Source: Fistulifera solaris (Eukaryota). Taken from it: a DNA stretch of 64,000 nucleotides. The notes under the pieces are model-generated. The model was given only the letters and a program-made list of their open reading frames with translations. It had not been told where the DNA came from and searched no databases. Shown one piece after another: positions 51,204-61,521 of the stretch. Position 1 is the first letter of the stretch; each line of letters begins with the position of its first letter. The translations under genes and the position numbers were made by a program. Location: positions 496,001-560,000 of the forward strand of contig AP026138.1 in assembly GCA_030295235.1 (NCBI GenBank). Direction: 5' to 3'.

Positions 51204-53006
51204 CCGCCCCGTAGTTAATGCAGAGCATTCGCATCGTTAGAGTAGCTTTTGCCGCTGCCTTTGGATTTAGCTGTTGCCTAAAATCAGACAGGCTAAGCGA
51301 GGCGACAATCGACAATGAACGAGTGTCCTTTCAAATGATGAGGCAGCCTTTTGGAATGGTCTGTAGTGCTTTGTCACGTGTATCGTGTATTCTTGTTCTT
51401 GTCTTCCTTCACCTTCACGTCAGCTTGTATCAACTACTGTATCAGCAAAGAGGAGTACTAAATACCAAGACGTGAATAAAATAACTCGCTCTTACTTCTC
51501 CCTTCTAAATCTAAGCCTGAAAAAAGCGTACAGCGTACGTCGAAAGTGAAGGGAACACGGAACAACAATGATGTCAAAGAAATTGTACCATAGGATGATA
51601 AGAATCTTATTGCTAATCGCAGGAATAGAGCGACCGGTGGCAAGGTGGAGACTTGGCATTTGGCAAATTTACATTGTGGGAATAAGAAATAGAAGGTCGA
51701 CAGAGTAGCCCGTCATACTGCGTCCGCTCCAATAATGTTCTTGGCCTTGGGACTTCTTACTTTTTACAACAGAGCACGCGAGATGGAACACAGACTTTTA
51801 TTGGTCTGGCGTCGTAACGTCTTGATCACGAGCTTACGAGCCCTCTAACCTAACGCCTAACGCATGGCAGTCGGCAGTCAAGAGTCAAGAGTCCGGAACA
51901 TCTATCTTTGATGTGTGATGTTTTCATTTTTCATAATGATTCAGAGAATCATCCTACATACAGAGTCTGCACTAAGATCCGGAGAGCTGGAGAGCAGAAA
52001 GTAGAGAAGTGCTAAGAAGCTATAATGTGCATGGTGCATGCTTTTCTACGATCTACGATCCCTTGACGACTCTTAAGTTCGTCGGCTTATCCTTCTAAAA
52101 TTTAGCCGCAAAACCGCAAACCAAACTGCTGTTGCATGTTGCGTTGATGCGATGCGATGATTTCATCGCGGTGGTCTATCCTTCGTACGGTTGGGACGTG
52201 GCACGTCTCATATTCAATACAGTACGACACAACTTCGTACTGTATGTCTATACAATCATGATGATCGCCCCTCGGGATTCGGGATCCTTGCTCGGGATAT
52301 AGCGATGTCAAACACGCATCTGGTAAAAGGACGTATTAGCTGTTATGGACGTACTTTTTACTATCATCATCACTTTGCCAGGTTTTCGGAGATTCTATTG
52401 TTCTTTAAGATGTACTGGGAAGTGGTTCTTTTGTTCGTCATCAGTATTCCTAATCAACAATAGTGAGTTATGACTCAATAAAGTTTTAATGACTGGAATT
52501 TAGTCCATAATGTTTCACGAATACATAGTCCGCATTCTCGTCGCTTGTGTCGCGTGTGATTTTTCAAGTAGCTAAATCATCCTAAAGATAACCAGTAAAT
52601 ACAGTAGTACAGTCGTGACTACCTGAAAAAGTACATTAATACTTATAGTAAAGTTTTAAAAATTGCCCATTTGACTTTTGGTCAACGGCGATTTTTCTTG
52701 CCCTCATGCTCTTCCTACTTCTTTGAAAGGATTAGAGAGTACAGTTCGCGCGTCAGAATGTACTCGGAAAATTCTTAAAGTTACTCCGGCGGTCACTCTC
52801 CCCCCTTCCCCTGCTTCCGCTTCCCTCCCATTCAAAAAAAAGTCCGTCGATAAAGTCAAAAATTGTTGTTACTCCGTAATTGCAACACCAGCAAAGCTCT
52901 CGACACTCTTACTTTATCGAGCTTTACCTCTTTGCACAACTTCCACGCTGTCTTGTTCACAACTTTAGCCAAAGCTATAAGGATTGAAACGACTTTGCGA
53001 TTGAAT

Positions 53007-54048
53007 ATGGACAACAATTACACTTCTCTGTTTCCCGACGGTAATGCGATTGATGATGAAACGTACTTTAAAATGCAACAGCAGCGACAACAGCTTGCAG
53101 GCCTCCAGAATATTGGGGGCATGGATTACCCTTTGGTCAATTTCAGCAGCAGCAGACCAATAACGCATTTGTCGGCTCAAATATACTGTCTTCGAATCAC
53201 TTGGAACTTCCCCAGCTTCCTATGTTCTCAGGCGCCAGCGGCCAAGCTATGCAGAATATGCAATCCCAAATTGGCCACCGACAAATGAGCAACCCAAACT
53301 TCGCCGGCATAAACCAAAACTTATCGTCGGTTCTTCCGCAAGGACACAACTTCCTTGATTCGGGTGTCAACATGGGAAATTACTCGTCAAACATGATGCT
53401 TCAACAGCTATTGCTTCAGCAGGCCCAACAAGACAACTCCTTATTTCAATCATCCTACGGAGGAAGCGGATTCGGTAATGATGCCTTTAATGTGTCCTCC
53501 TTTTCACATCCCCAAGCCAGTGGCGATCAAATAAGTTTTCAACCTCAAGCTCACGAGCGTCCAATGGACATGCCTGCTTTCGATCAGCAACAATGTCAGC
53601 CCCTACTAGGCCTGATGACACTTCAATCGCTCGATGCTTCGGATTTCCCAGTGGAGAAGCGCCGTAAAACGACCAAAAACAAACGTGACAAGAACCGTCC
53701 CAAGCAGCCATTATCTGCTTATAATATCTTTTCAAAGACCAGCGAGCCAAGATGCTTTTGGAAATTAAGGGCGGTGAGGCCGAAACCCAAGAAGGAAACC
53801 CCGCGGGCGACGAATTGAAATCTGGACGGAAGCGCCTTCGCGAGGCTTCGACGGGAAAAATTGGTTTTGAAAAGATGGCGAAGACTATCGCTCGAAAGTG
53901 GAAGGAAATCGGAAAGGAAGAGCTGAAAACATATGAAGCTAGGGCCGCCGACGACCAGAAAAGATACAAAGCAGAGTTGGCTGTGTACTTAGAAAAGAAA
54001 CGCGAAGAGGCTTTAACTGACAGCGACCTAAAGGTGAAGAAAGAATGA
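53007..54048 (+). CDS. HMG-box protein with Gln-rich N-terminus (frameshifts ~53150-53200 and ~53730)
   Basis: RPKQPLSAYNIF(F), GKIGFEKMAKTIARKWK, YEARAADDQKRYKAELAVY. Confidence 0.85.
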
Positions 54049-54357
54049 GGCCTTGTCAGCCCTCGTTGGTGTTGTTAGATTGTTGTGACTTCGTGGACAT
54101 TCAAGTGTAATTGCTATCGCATATTTGCATAACTTTTCTTTAGAAAAGATTACTCCGTATAACTTTATCTGTTTAACAAAGACGCGTACGATTATTATTT
54201 TTGAGGTTCGCATTTCGCATTGGTCAAAGTCACTTTCACCCGTCATTAGAGTTAAGGTTGTAGTGCAATTTCATTCAAAAACAGCGAAAAAATCTGAAAC
54301 CCGAAGGCTTGTCTTCTTCCGGCACTTTGCAGCGAAACTAGGAGTGCAATTACATCC

Positions 54358-54511
54358 AAAAGCCGATACTGGTTGAGGCTAGCAATGAACAAGCGGGAAG
54401 GGCAGAGTGGGCTCTGCCTCTGCCGGGGTTACAGTGGTTTCGGCCCGCCCCTAAGGCTCTGCATGCCTCTACTCTTCCCGGAGCCCGTTAACCAACCAAC
54501 CTAGTATAATC
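54358..54511. ncRNA. Candidate structured non-coding RNA, family not recognised
   Basis: GC-rich island with nested complementarity: ATACT-GGTTG/CAACC-TAGTAT, CGGGAAG/CTTCCCG, GGCAGAG-TGGG-CTCTGCC, GGT-TTCG-GCC within GGGG/CCCC, AGGC-TCTGCAT-GCCT. Confidence 0.4.
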
Positions 54512-54848
54512 ACAAATTTATTCGCATATAGGTAGCACTGTAATTAGACCAGCACACTTTCCAACACAACCTCGATGCAAAGCGAAAAGCCTGCCTTTTG
54601 TCGCAGTTCTTCACCATGTGGCAATTTTCTATTCTTCGTTTTCACGGGGACAATCTTTCTTTTCATTCTCTTTCTGACATCTGAGAAGACACCTGGCGGA
54701 ATGCTCCCTGGTTTTTGATAACAAGCGATAACTTCTTGTTAGGTTTTAAATACGTTTTGGTGATGCTCTAGAGCTTGCCTCCATCTAGTAAACGCTCAGC
54801 GCTCACTCACGACGACTCACGATTGATGTCAAGTGGAAGGACTTGTTA

Positions 54849-56879
54849 CCATTCGGGTCAAATGAGTTTCTGAGTACTATAAAATATATAGGACACGATT
54901 ACTATATACATAAGTGTGTTTCTACGACAGAAATCGTATACCGTTTGAAGCGACACCTTGCCTTTCCCACTGAACACATTTTTTCTTCACGACATTATCG
55001 CGCAAAAAATGCATCCGACCATGGCGACTTCGACGACGCAGCAGTGAAATCAATTCTAGGCGAGCTTGTGTTGTTTTGCACTATTCAAACAAGCGACGAA
55101 GGAGTGATAGATCGGTGCAAAACAACACAAGCAGAGCCCCGGAGTGCGAAGATATTTGGTCGGTTGTCGTGGCATTGTTTCGCCATGCCACTCCCGGTAT
55201 CTGGTGGCGATTATTGCCAGAAAACAATAAAAACGATGATATTTCCTACGCAACTTCAGTCGATTGGGAGAACACATGTCCGTTATTGATTTATGTCAAA
55301 ATTTTGGAGAAGAAAGTGGTTTTGGGAGTCGAAAAACTTTTTGTGATGAAAGAAGCTTGATACACTCGTGGACAAGATGGGACGAAAGAAAATTCATATT
55401 TCCATCTATCGTCCACCACACAGCAAGCAGGCTTTCTACTTTTGTGTTGGGCAACCTTTGTATTCTAAGGTCAAGGAATGTGCCCGTATGGTTGCTTCTG
55501 AGTTAGCTCCGGGACCTCCCGGGATGACCGATGACAAGCTCCGCAAAAATGCCGCCTTGCTTCAGACGTACTCCGCGAACACCAAATCGAGCATGTACGA
55601 CCAGCAAATGAACAAGAAAATCTGCACTTACTAGCTAACGCTGTTCTTGAACAAGAACAAGAACAAGAAATCTTTGCTGTGCCACTATCGAGAGAAGATG
55701 AGATCGAAAACGCCATCACATATGCACTGGCGCTTGCATTCGAAAGGGTTCCGCGCTACGTTCGTCAATCGGACGACAAAATCACCTTGGCGTTGTTGCA
55801 AGGCCCAAGAAGTCGAAAGATTTTGACGGAAGAGTCTTTATGAAAAGGGTTAGTAAAGAGAAAGAGTACAGCCGAGCAACACCAAGTTACAAGTTTCACG
55901 ACAGCATTTCGATCAACAACGAGATCAAGAACGGCTCTTGGAGAGCCCTTTACAATGATTTGAAAGACATCTGCGGTGATATGACAGTGGGCGAGTTTTT
56001 CGATGCACTTTCCGATTTCTATGAGCTTCAGCGACGAAGTGGCTGCAGTCCTGCAATTTCGCAACACAGTCACAAAGAGACCTTTAGACGAGGATGATCA
56101 GCTGTGTGACTTCGACATCAAAGAGCTTGAAGTTCGTTGCTATTACCCGGCAGGGCATAAAGTCGAGGTGGACATTTCCTGTGATTCTTCCTTCATGCTG
56201 AGCATTATGCACCAAGTCGGTCAAGCACTTCGAGAAAAATTTCACTGGGTGGACAAGAACGAGAAAATTTATCTGGTGATGGATAACGCAGGAGGACACG
56301 GAACACAGCTAGCCAAAGAAGAATACAGACGAAAATTGAGAGCGAATACAACGTTGAGATTGTCTGGCAAGTTCCTCGGTCGCCCGAAACAAACATGCTT
56401 GATCTCGGAGTCTGGATGAGCATTCAAAACAAGGTCGAAAAGGTTCATCACGGAAAACGACCCGATTGCGATGCGCTTGCAAGATCAATTGAAGAGGCAT
56501 GGGAGCACCATCTTTCACCTCAAGCATTTCTAAACGTGTGGAAGCGATTGCGGCGTGTTTTGAAATTGATTGTGGACGACAAAGGCGGCAACAATCTGGT
56601 CGAGTCGGAACGAGGCAAACTCTTCAGAGACCCAACGATTGACGATTTGCTGAACGCCCACAACGACACAAACGACGAAGATCAAGAGAACAACAGCGAA
56701 AATGAGAATGACGAAGCAAGCGGCGAAGAGAATGACAACGAGTAACAATCAAATGAATGGTTTGAAGAGCTTTATTTAATCTTGCTGCGATCGGCATTTC
56801 ATGGTTTTCTACGTGCTTTTACGTGACGGCAAAGAGTATAGACCTAAAGAGTACTTAGAAACTCATTTGACCCGAATGG
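54849..56879 (+). mobile_element. Tc1/mariner-superfamily DNA transposon (DD39D-type), degenerate, 2031 bp
   Basis: 30-bp TIRs CCATTCGGGTCAAATGAGTTTCT(G/A)AGTACT at 54849-54878 and 56850-56879 (one mismatch). TA on both sides. Transposase motifs GVVARP...FDGR, MDNAGGHG and, after a 1-nt correction, QVPRSPETNMLDLGVW. Confidence 0.9.
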
Positions 56880-57289
56880 TAAATTTTCGGCGACTACAAG
56901 ATTTGAAAGGGGCGATCTATACATTCATTGCCAAAAGTTTTGAGTTGATTAGAAGGATCTAATCCCATACTGACGTTGTCGAGTATCTCTTCGAATGTAC
57001 ATTTCTGAACTTGTACTTTCACTTAGGTGGAAACAGTGATACTTAGCCTAAGAAATAACTCTTACGAGTAATTTACCGTTAAGGGAACCGTTTACTCGCA
57101 CGGATTCTTCTCTAAAAATGGACGCGCAAACTTTTAGCGGTTTTACATCGGTTCGACATAACCGTCACAATTTCTCTTCAACAGGAAAAAGGTTAAAAGC
57201 CGTTTCGCTAAAACGAAAAGGAAGTTAAAAGCCGTTGTATTCAAATCGAAAAGTGACATTCCACCTCACCGCCCAACCTAACTGCTATC

Positions 57290-58787
57290 ATGTCAGCAAC
57301 TCCAGATTCCTTTCAAGTCGAGCCGGCGAAGTTTGATGAGGGCAACACTTCTCCCTCGTCGGGCATCATTACTGACGAAGAAGCACCCGAACAGCGAGGT
57401 TCGATGACAATGCAGCTTCACAAGAGAACTTGAAAAATGGACATCACACATTTGCCACTTTGTTCAAGTACTCATATTCGCTGGTGCTATTACTCTTCTC
57501 GATCGTCGCCGTTACCGCCACTATTTTCACAGATCAGACGAAAATGGCAGCAGACGTCAACGCAGCCGTTGCTTTCATTCTTCTTTGGGTTCTTACGCTT
57601 TGGCTGGCCGTCATGGAAGGAGGACAAGGCTGTCTCGTTGGGTTGCAGCCTGTGGACAAGACGCTCACGAAAGTCGCACCTGAAAGCGTTGAAGGTGACG
57701 AAATTGGCTCACGAAGGAAACAACTTGGAACGCTTTATCGTCGGTAGGCAGTTCCTTGTTGTGCTTGTCATCTTGTCATCAACATGTGTGGATCGGCATT
57801 GAAAGGCTCCAGCGTTCTTAACATGCCCGACTTTATGGTGGAGATTTTCATCAACTCGGGCGTCGCCTTGATTTTGATGACGACCATTCTTGGACAATTG
57901 ACCGCACAAGTGAACGCCGCCGACTGCATGCTCGACTTCATTAACAACTACATTATGTTGATCACAACGCACGTTTTCTCTTTTCATCGAAATGTCCGGT
58001 TTGCTCCATTCGGTCTACCTTGTTCAGATAATTTTTGCCAAGATCACCGGCAAGTCCTCAGATTCCCAGCCAGAACGCACCATCTCGCAAGCTATCTTCT
58101 TCTGGCTACGAATTATGTTCTCAGTGGCCGTCTTGTCCTTCTCCTTGGCAGTCACCTTAGTTGCGCTCTTCGACGGCAAGACTACAATGTACAGCGGTGT
58201 CCCAGAGCCTGTGTCAGTAACCCTTCTATTCGCTTTGATGGCGTTTTGTTGGTATGATGGAAGGTATGCAAATCGCTCTCTTCGCCGTCATCAACCTGCC
58301 CAAGGACGAGCTACAGAAACATCCTCAAGCAGCCAAGGTATGCGAGTTGGTCTTTTCTAGATCACATTTACAAGCTTTCTTGATCGGTCGTCAGATCTGT
58401 GTCACGTGTTGCATGTTCATCCTTGCCCGGCGTCGCCACCTGCAGCGTCGAGGGCGAGTTGACGATTTTCGGTGTCAGTGCGGGCATTCAAAATTTCTTC
58501 AATACGGGTCTTCTGGGTGCTATCATCACAACCATCATTGGATCTTTAGCTTGGCGCATCATTGCCTCGGCTTTCCCGGTGGCCTTTTGTCCAACCCGCT
58601 CATCTATTTGATCATTCGTCTGTGCTTGTTTCTCGAGGCGTCGGGTGTTTGCTCGGCGGCATGGGTCGTCGCACGGGTGCACCGCAAGGTGGCTCGTTTT
58701 GAACCGGATGTCGAGTATCTTGGTACCCCGGAATCGAGAGAATCGAGCAAACAAATCGCCGACGATCTTGAGTTGCAGGAAAACTAG
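57290..58787 (+). CDS. SIT: Silicon transporter (at least 7 small indels as assembled)
   Basis: GXQ motifs EGGQG, IVGRQF, EGMQI and IGRQI, plus GQLTAQVNAADCMLDFIN and FFNTGLLGAIITTIIGSLAWRIIASAFP. About 10 hydrophobic helices across the joined frames. Confidence 0.92.
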
Positions 58788-59891
58788 AATGCTACGTAGC
58801 TGAATGTCAATAGTGACGAATGGTCAACTCGATCGAAATAAATGTAACATTGATGATTCAAGGCACTAATAATATCAAAACAATCATAAAAAATAGGTGT
58901 TCTAGTTTGTTGTTTGGTTTAGATTTTACGGTACGTTGGTTGACGCACGCGTCGGTCATGTTCGTGCAAATAATTCAGCGTCCAGTCTAAGATGGATGAT
59001 GCGATCGATCCATTTCATCTAAATTTTCATCTTTTGACAGAGTTGTCTTACAGACGATTTTTGCGCACGATTTTTTAGAAAACAAAGTGCGATTGTGAAT
59101 CTAGGGATAGTACTGTATTGCATTCAAATCTAGAAGAAGCGCCGATCCTCGTACCTAGTCGAGTACCGGTGCGCATGATGGAACATGCGCACGCCGTCGA
59201 ATAACCTACGTCACTCATGGGCTTACGTCAAGCCGATACAATTGAGAGCACAGTGTCACACCATCTGGTACTGAATGTCTATCTAAATGATCACTGAAAA
59301 TTTTCTTGGAACTTCGATCTCCACACTTCCTTTCTGTGCGATAGTCATTGGACACGAACAGCATCGATACACGAAAGTACGTTAGCTATTTTAGAGTACT
59401 CTTGACTGGAATTTGGCTACTCGTATCTCGTATCCTTCGGATTTGGGTGGCCGGCTCGCTCCATTTTCCGATGCATTGTTTCTGCCATTTGAGCGCGTGT
59501 CCAACCTCCTCCTCTATCAAATCCTCCGACCTTGGTGGGAGATTCTTTTTCAAGCGTCCACTCCGATGAATGAATAATTCATCCCACATGACGGGAAGTA
59601 TTGGTGGAGAGAAGCCAAAAGCAAAACGTCTACAAGAGAGAGCATTAGTTACTCCGTATTTTTTTTTTATTATTTGAAAGCAAACGGACGTCTTTACACA
59701 TTACGTCTCTCAAGTGCTGCTCATTATTACTCATTGCAGTAACAAGAAGAGCACCGTCGCCTTTCAACGCAAGCTAAAAAGCATCCTACACAAACAATCA
59801 CCAATCCATACGGCATTGGCACCTCCAAAGGCTTTCGATTGAAAAAGAAGACAACACACATTCGATTATTACCCGCGCCGCACATCGTAGT

Positions 59892-61121
59892 ATGTCTACA
59901 GTTGATCTCTCGCCGCCGGCTGTGTCTCCCAAGGTATCTGCGTACATACAACACTTGGCCGACAAGAAATCATCACCCACCTTGCGATCTTCGTACACAC
60001 AATCCGCTTTAGAACGACGCCGCCGTCGGGCTGCTCGGTTGCGTCATCAGCGAGCCGAGGATCCTCCTGCATCATCGTCGGGTCCCTTTGACGAACCGAG
60101 TTACGTTTCCTCTTCTTCCGAAAGTAGCGAAACAAATTCTCCCAAAGCCAGCCAACAGAATCATCATCTTTACGTTCCGCCACTTTCTCATCCCATGGAT
60201 CATCAATCGGTGGTATCGGCGCTCTCGGAAGATCATCTGGCGTCTTATCCGATGCCCGTGACATCGGAAGTGGCGGCGGCGTGGGTGTCACAGACGACAA
60301 CCATCCCCGCCATTCCGGAAGAAAATACGTTGCTGCAGGCCGATTACTTGTCCAGCAACAACTTTATTGATGCCTTGATTGCCGAAAGTTCGCAACGATG
60401 GAAATCGGTGCGAGAAGAAGTGGTAGGAAATACGACGACGGGCAAGTTGCTCCGACAAAAAAGTGACGAGACGGCCATGACGCACAATCTCTTTTCGTCT
60501 TTGACATTGAATGAACAAGAACCGAATTTGTTTCAGCAGCAGCAAGCCGAACTAGAGAACTTTCGAAACAGTCTGCTGCAAGGAAATTCTCCGTGCTCGG
60601 ACATACTGGATACTACCGCCGAACAGATTGATCACATTCCGGTCGAGCATGTCGAAGTCCCTTCGGCCGAAGCGCAAGCGCCCGCCGATGATTTGACGGT
60701 TTGGTCCGGATGGACCCAGCATCCGGTGCGTCGACCGCAGACGCCGTTCGAAGACTTCCCTCCCGTCCAAGGTCGTCGTCCCGATATTGATGAAGCATCG
60801 GAATGCGCCATACCGACCAATCGTCGTGTGCGAGATCTGCCGCTCACCATGACGGCGGCGAATGGGACGGTCCGCAAGGCTCTGTATTCGGGGTCCTTGA
60901 CCGAACGGGGTCAAGTGACGGGTGTCGGCGTGTTGAAATTCCCTGAAACCGGAGATCTGTATTGTGGTGAAATTGTGGATGGAAAGATGCACGGTCAGGG
61001 AACGTACACATTCGCATCGTCCAAGAAACGCAAGGCGGGCAGGGTGTTAAAAGGCCAGTTCGATCACAATGTGTACGTTGGTTGGGTAGTGCACCACGAA
61101 GCTGATATCAGTGAAATATAG
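59892..61121 (+). CDS. Protein with disordered N-terminus and C-terminal MORN repeats
   Basis: YSGSLTERGQVTGVGVLKF, YCGEIVDGKMHGQGTYTF. Confidence 0.75.
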   Translation: MSTVDLSPPAVSPKVSAYIQHLADKKSSPTLRSSYTQSALERRRRRAARLRHQRAEDPPASSSGPFDEPSYVSSSSESSETNSPKASQQNHHLYVPPLSHPMDHQSVVSALSEDHLASYPMPVTSEVAAAWVSQTTTIPAIPEENTLLQADYLSSNNFIDALIAESSQRWKSVREEVVGNTTTGKLLRQKSDETAMTHNLFSSLTLNEQEPNLFQQQQAELENFRNSLLQGNSPCSDILDTTAEQIDHIPVEHVEVPSAEAQAPADDLTVWSGWTQHPVRRPQTPFEDFPPVQGRRPDIDEASECAIPTNRRVRDLPLTMTAANGTVRKALYSGSLTERGQVTGVGVLKFPETGDLYCGEIVDGKMHGQGTYTFASSKKRKAGRVLKGQFDHNVYVGWVVHHEADISEI

Positions 61122-61521
61122 GATACATTGTATAAGTTTAGTGACGAATGTTTAGTTTAAGAAAACATCCTGCGTTGTTGGTTAGATCATTGGGTTAGAT
61201 AGGTCTAGGTGACTAGAACCTTAGCTTGACTACTGTAGTAGGATAGGAAATACTACAAGTACGGGGTAGGATAGGAATGGGGATGTAATCGTACGTCGTG
61301 CGACCGGGAAGTCGTAGTAAATGAGGTTTTTCTAAAAATTTCGCTGGTATAGTGTATAAAGTGTGGCTTGGGTGCGCGAGCCGAGCGTGCCGATGCCAAT
61401 CTAATTCGCCATGTGATCGCCAACTATCATCGGCATGACAAAACCAGAACACGAAAAAGAGAAATATGAACCATTCTATTGATACTGTAGTGAAGTCCGA
61501 TTCGAAAGACTAGCAAGAGAA

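Noticed and set aside
51845..51863. CTAACCTAACGCCTAAC, telomere- or telomerase-template-like
   Set aside because: Not a CCCTAA repeat; explained by the local 7-bp duplications.
54340..54520. U1 snRNA (ATTGCACTCC and an AATTTGTG Sm-like site on the minus strand)
   Set aside because: The motifs are in the wrong order and there is no ATACTTACCTG 5' end.
59169..59192. Perfect 9-bp hairpin GTGCGCATG-N6-CATGCGCAC
   Set aside because: Isolated; a short inverted repeat like this can occur by chance in 64 kb.
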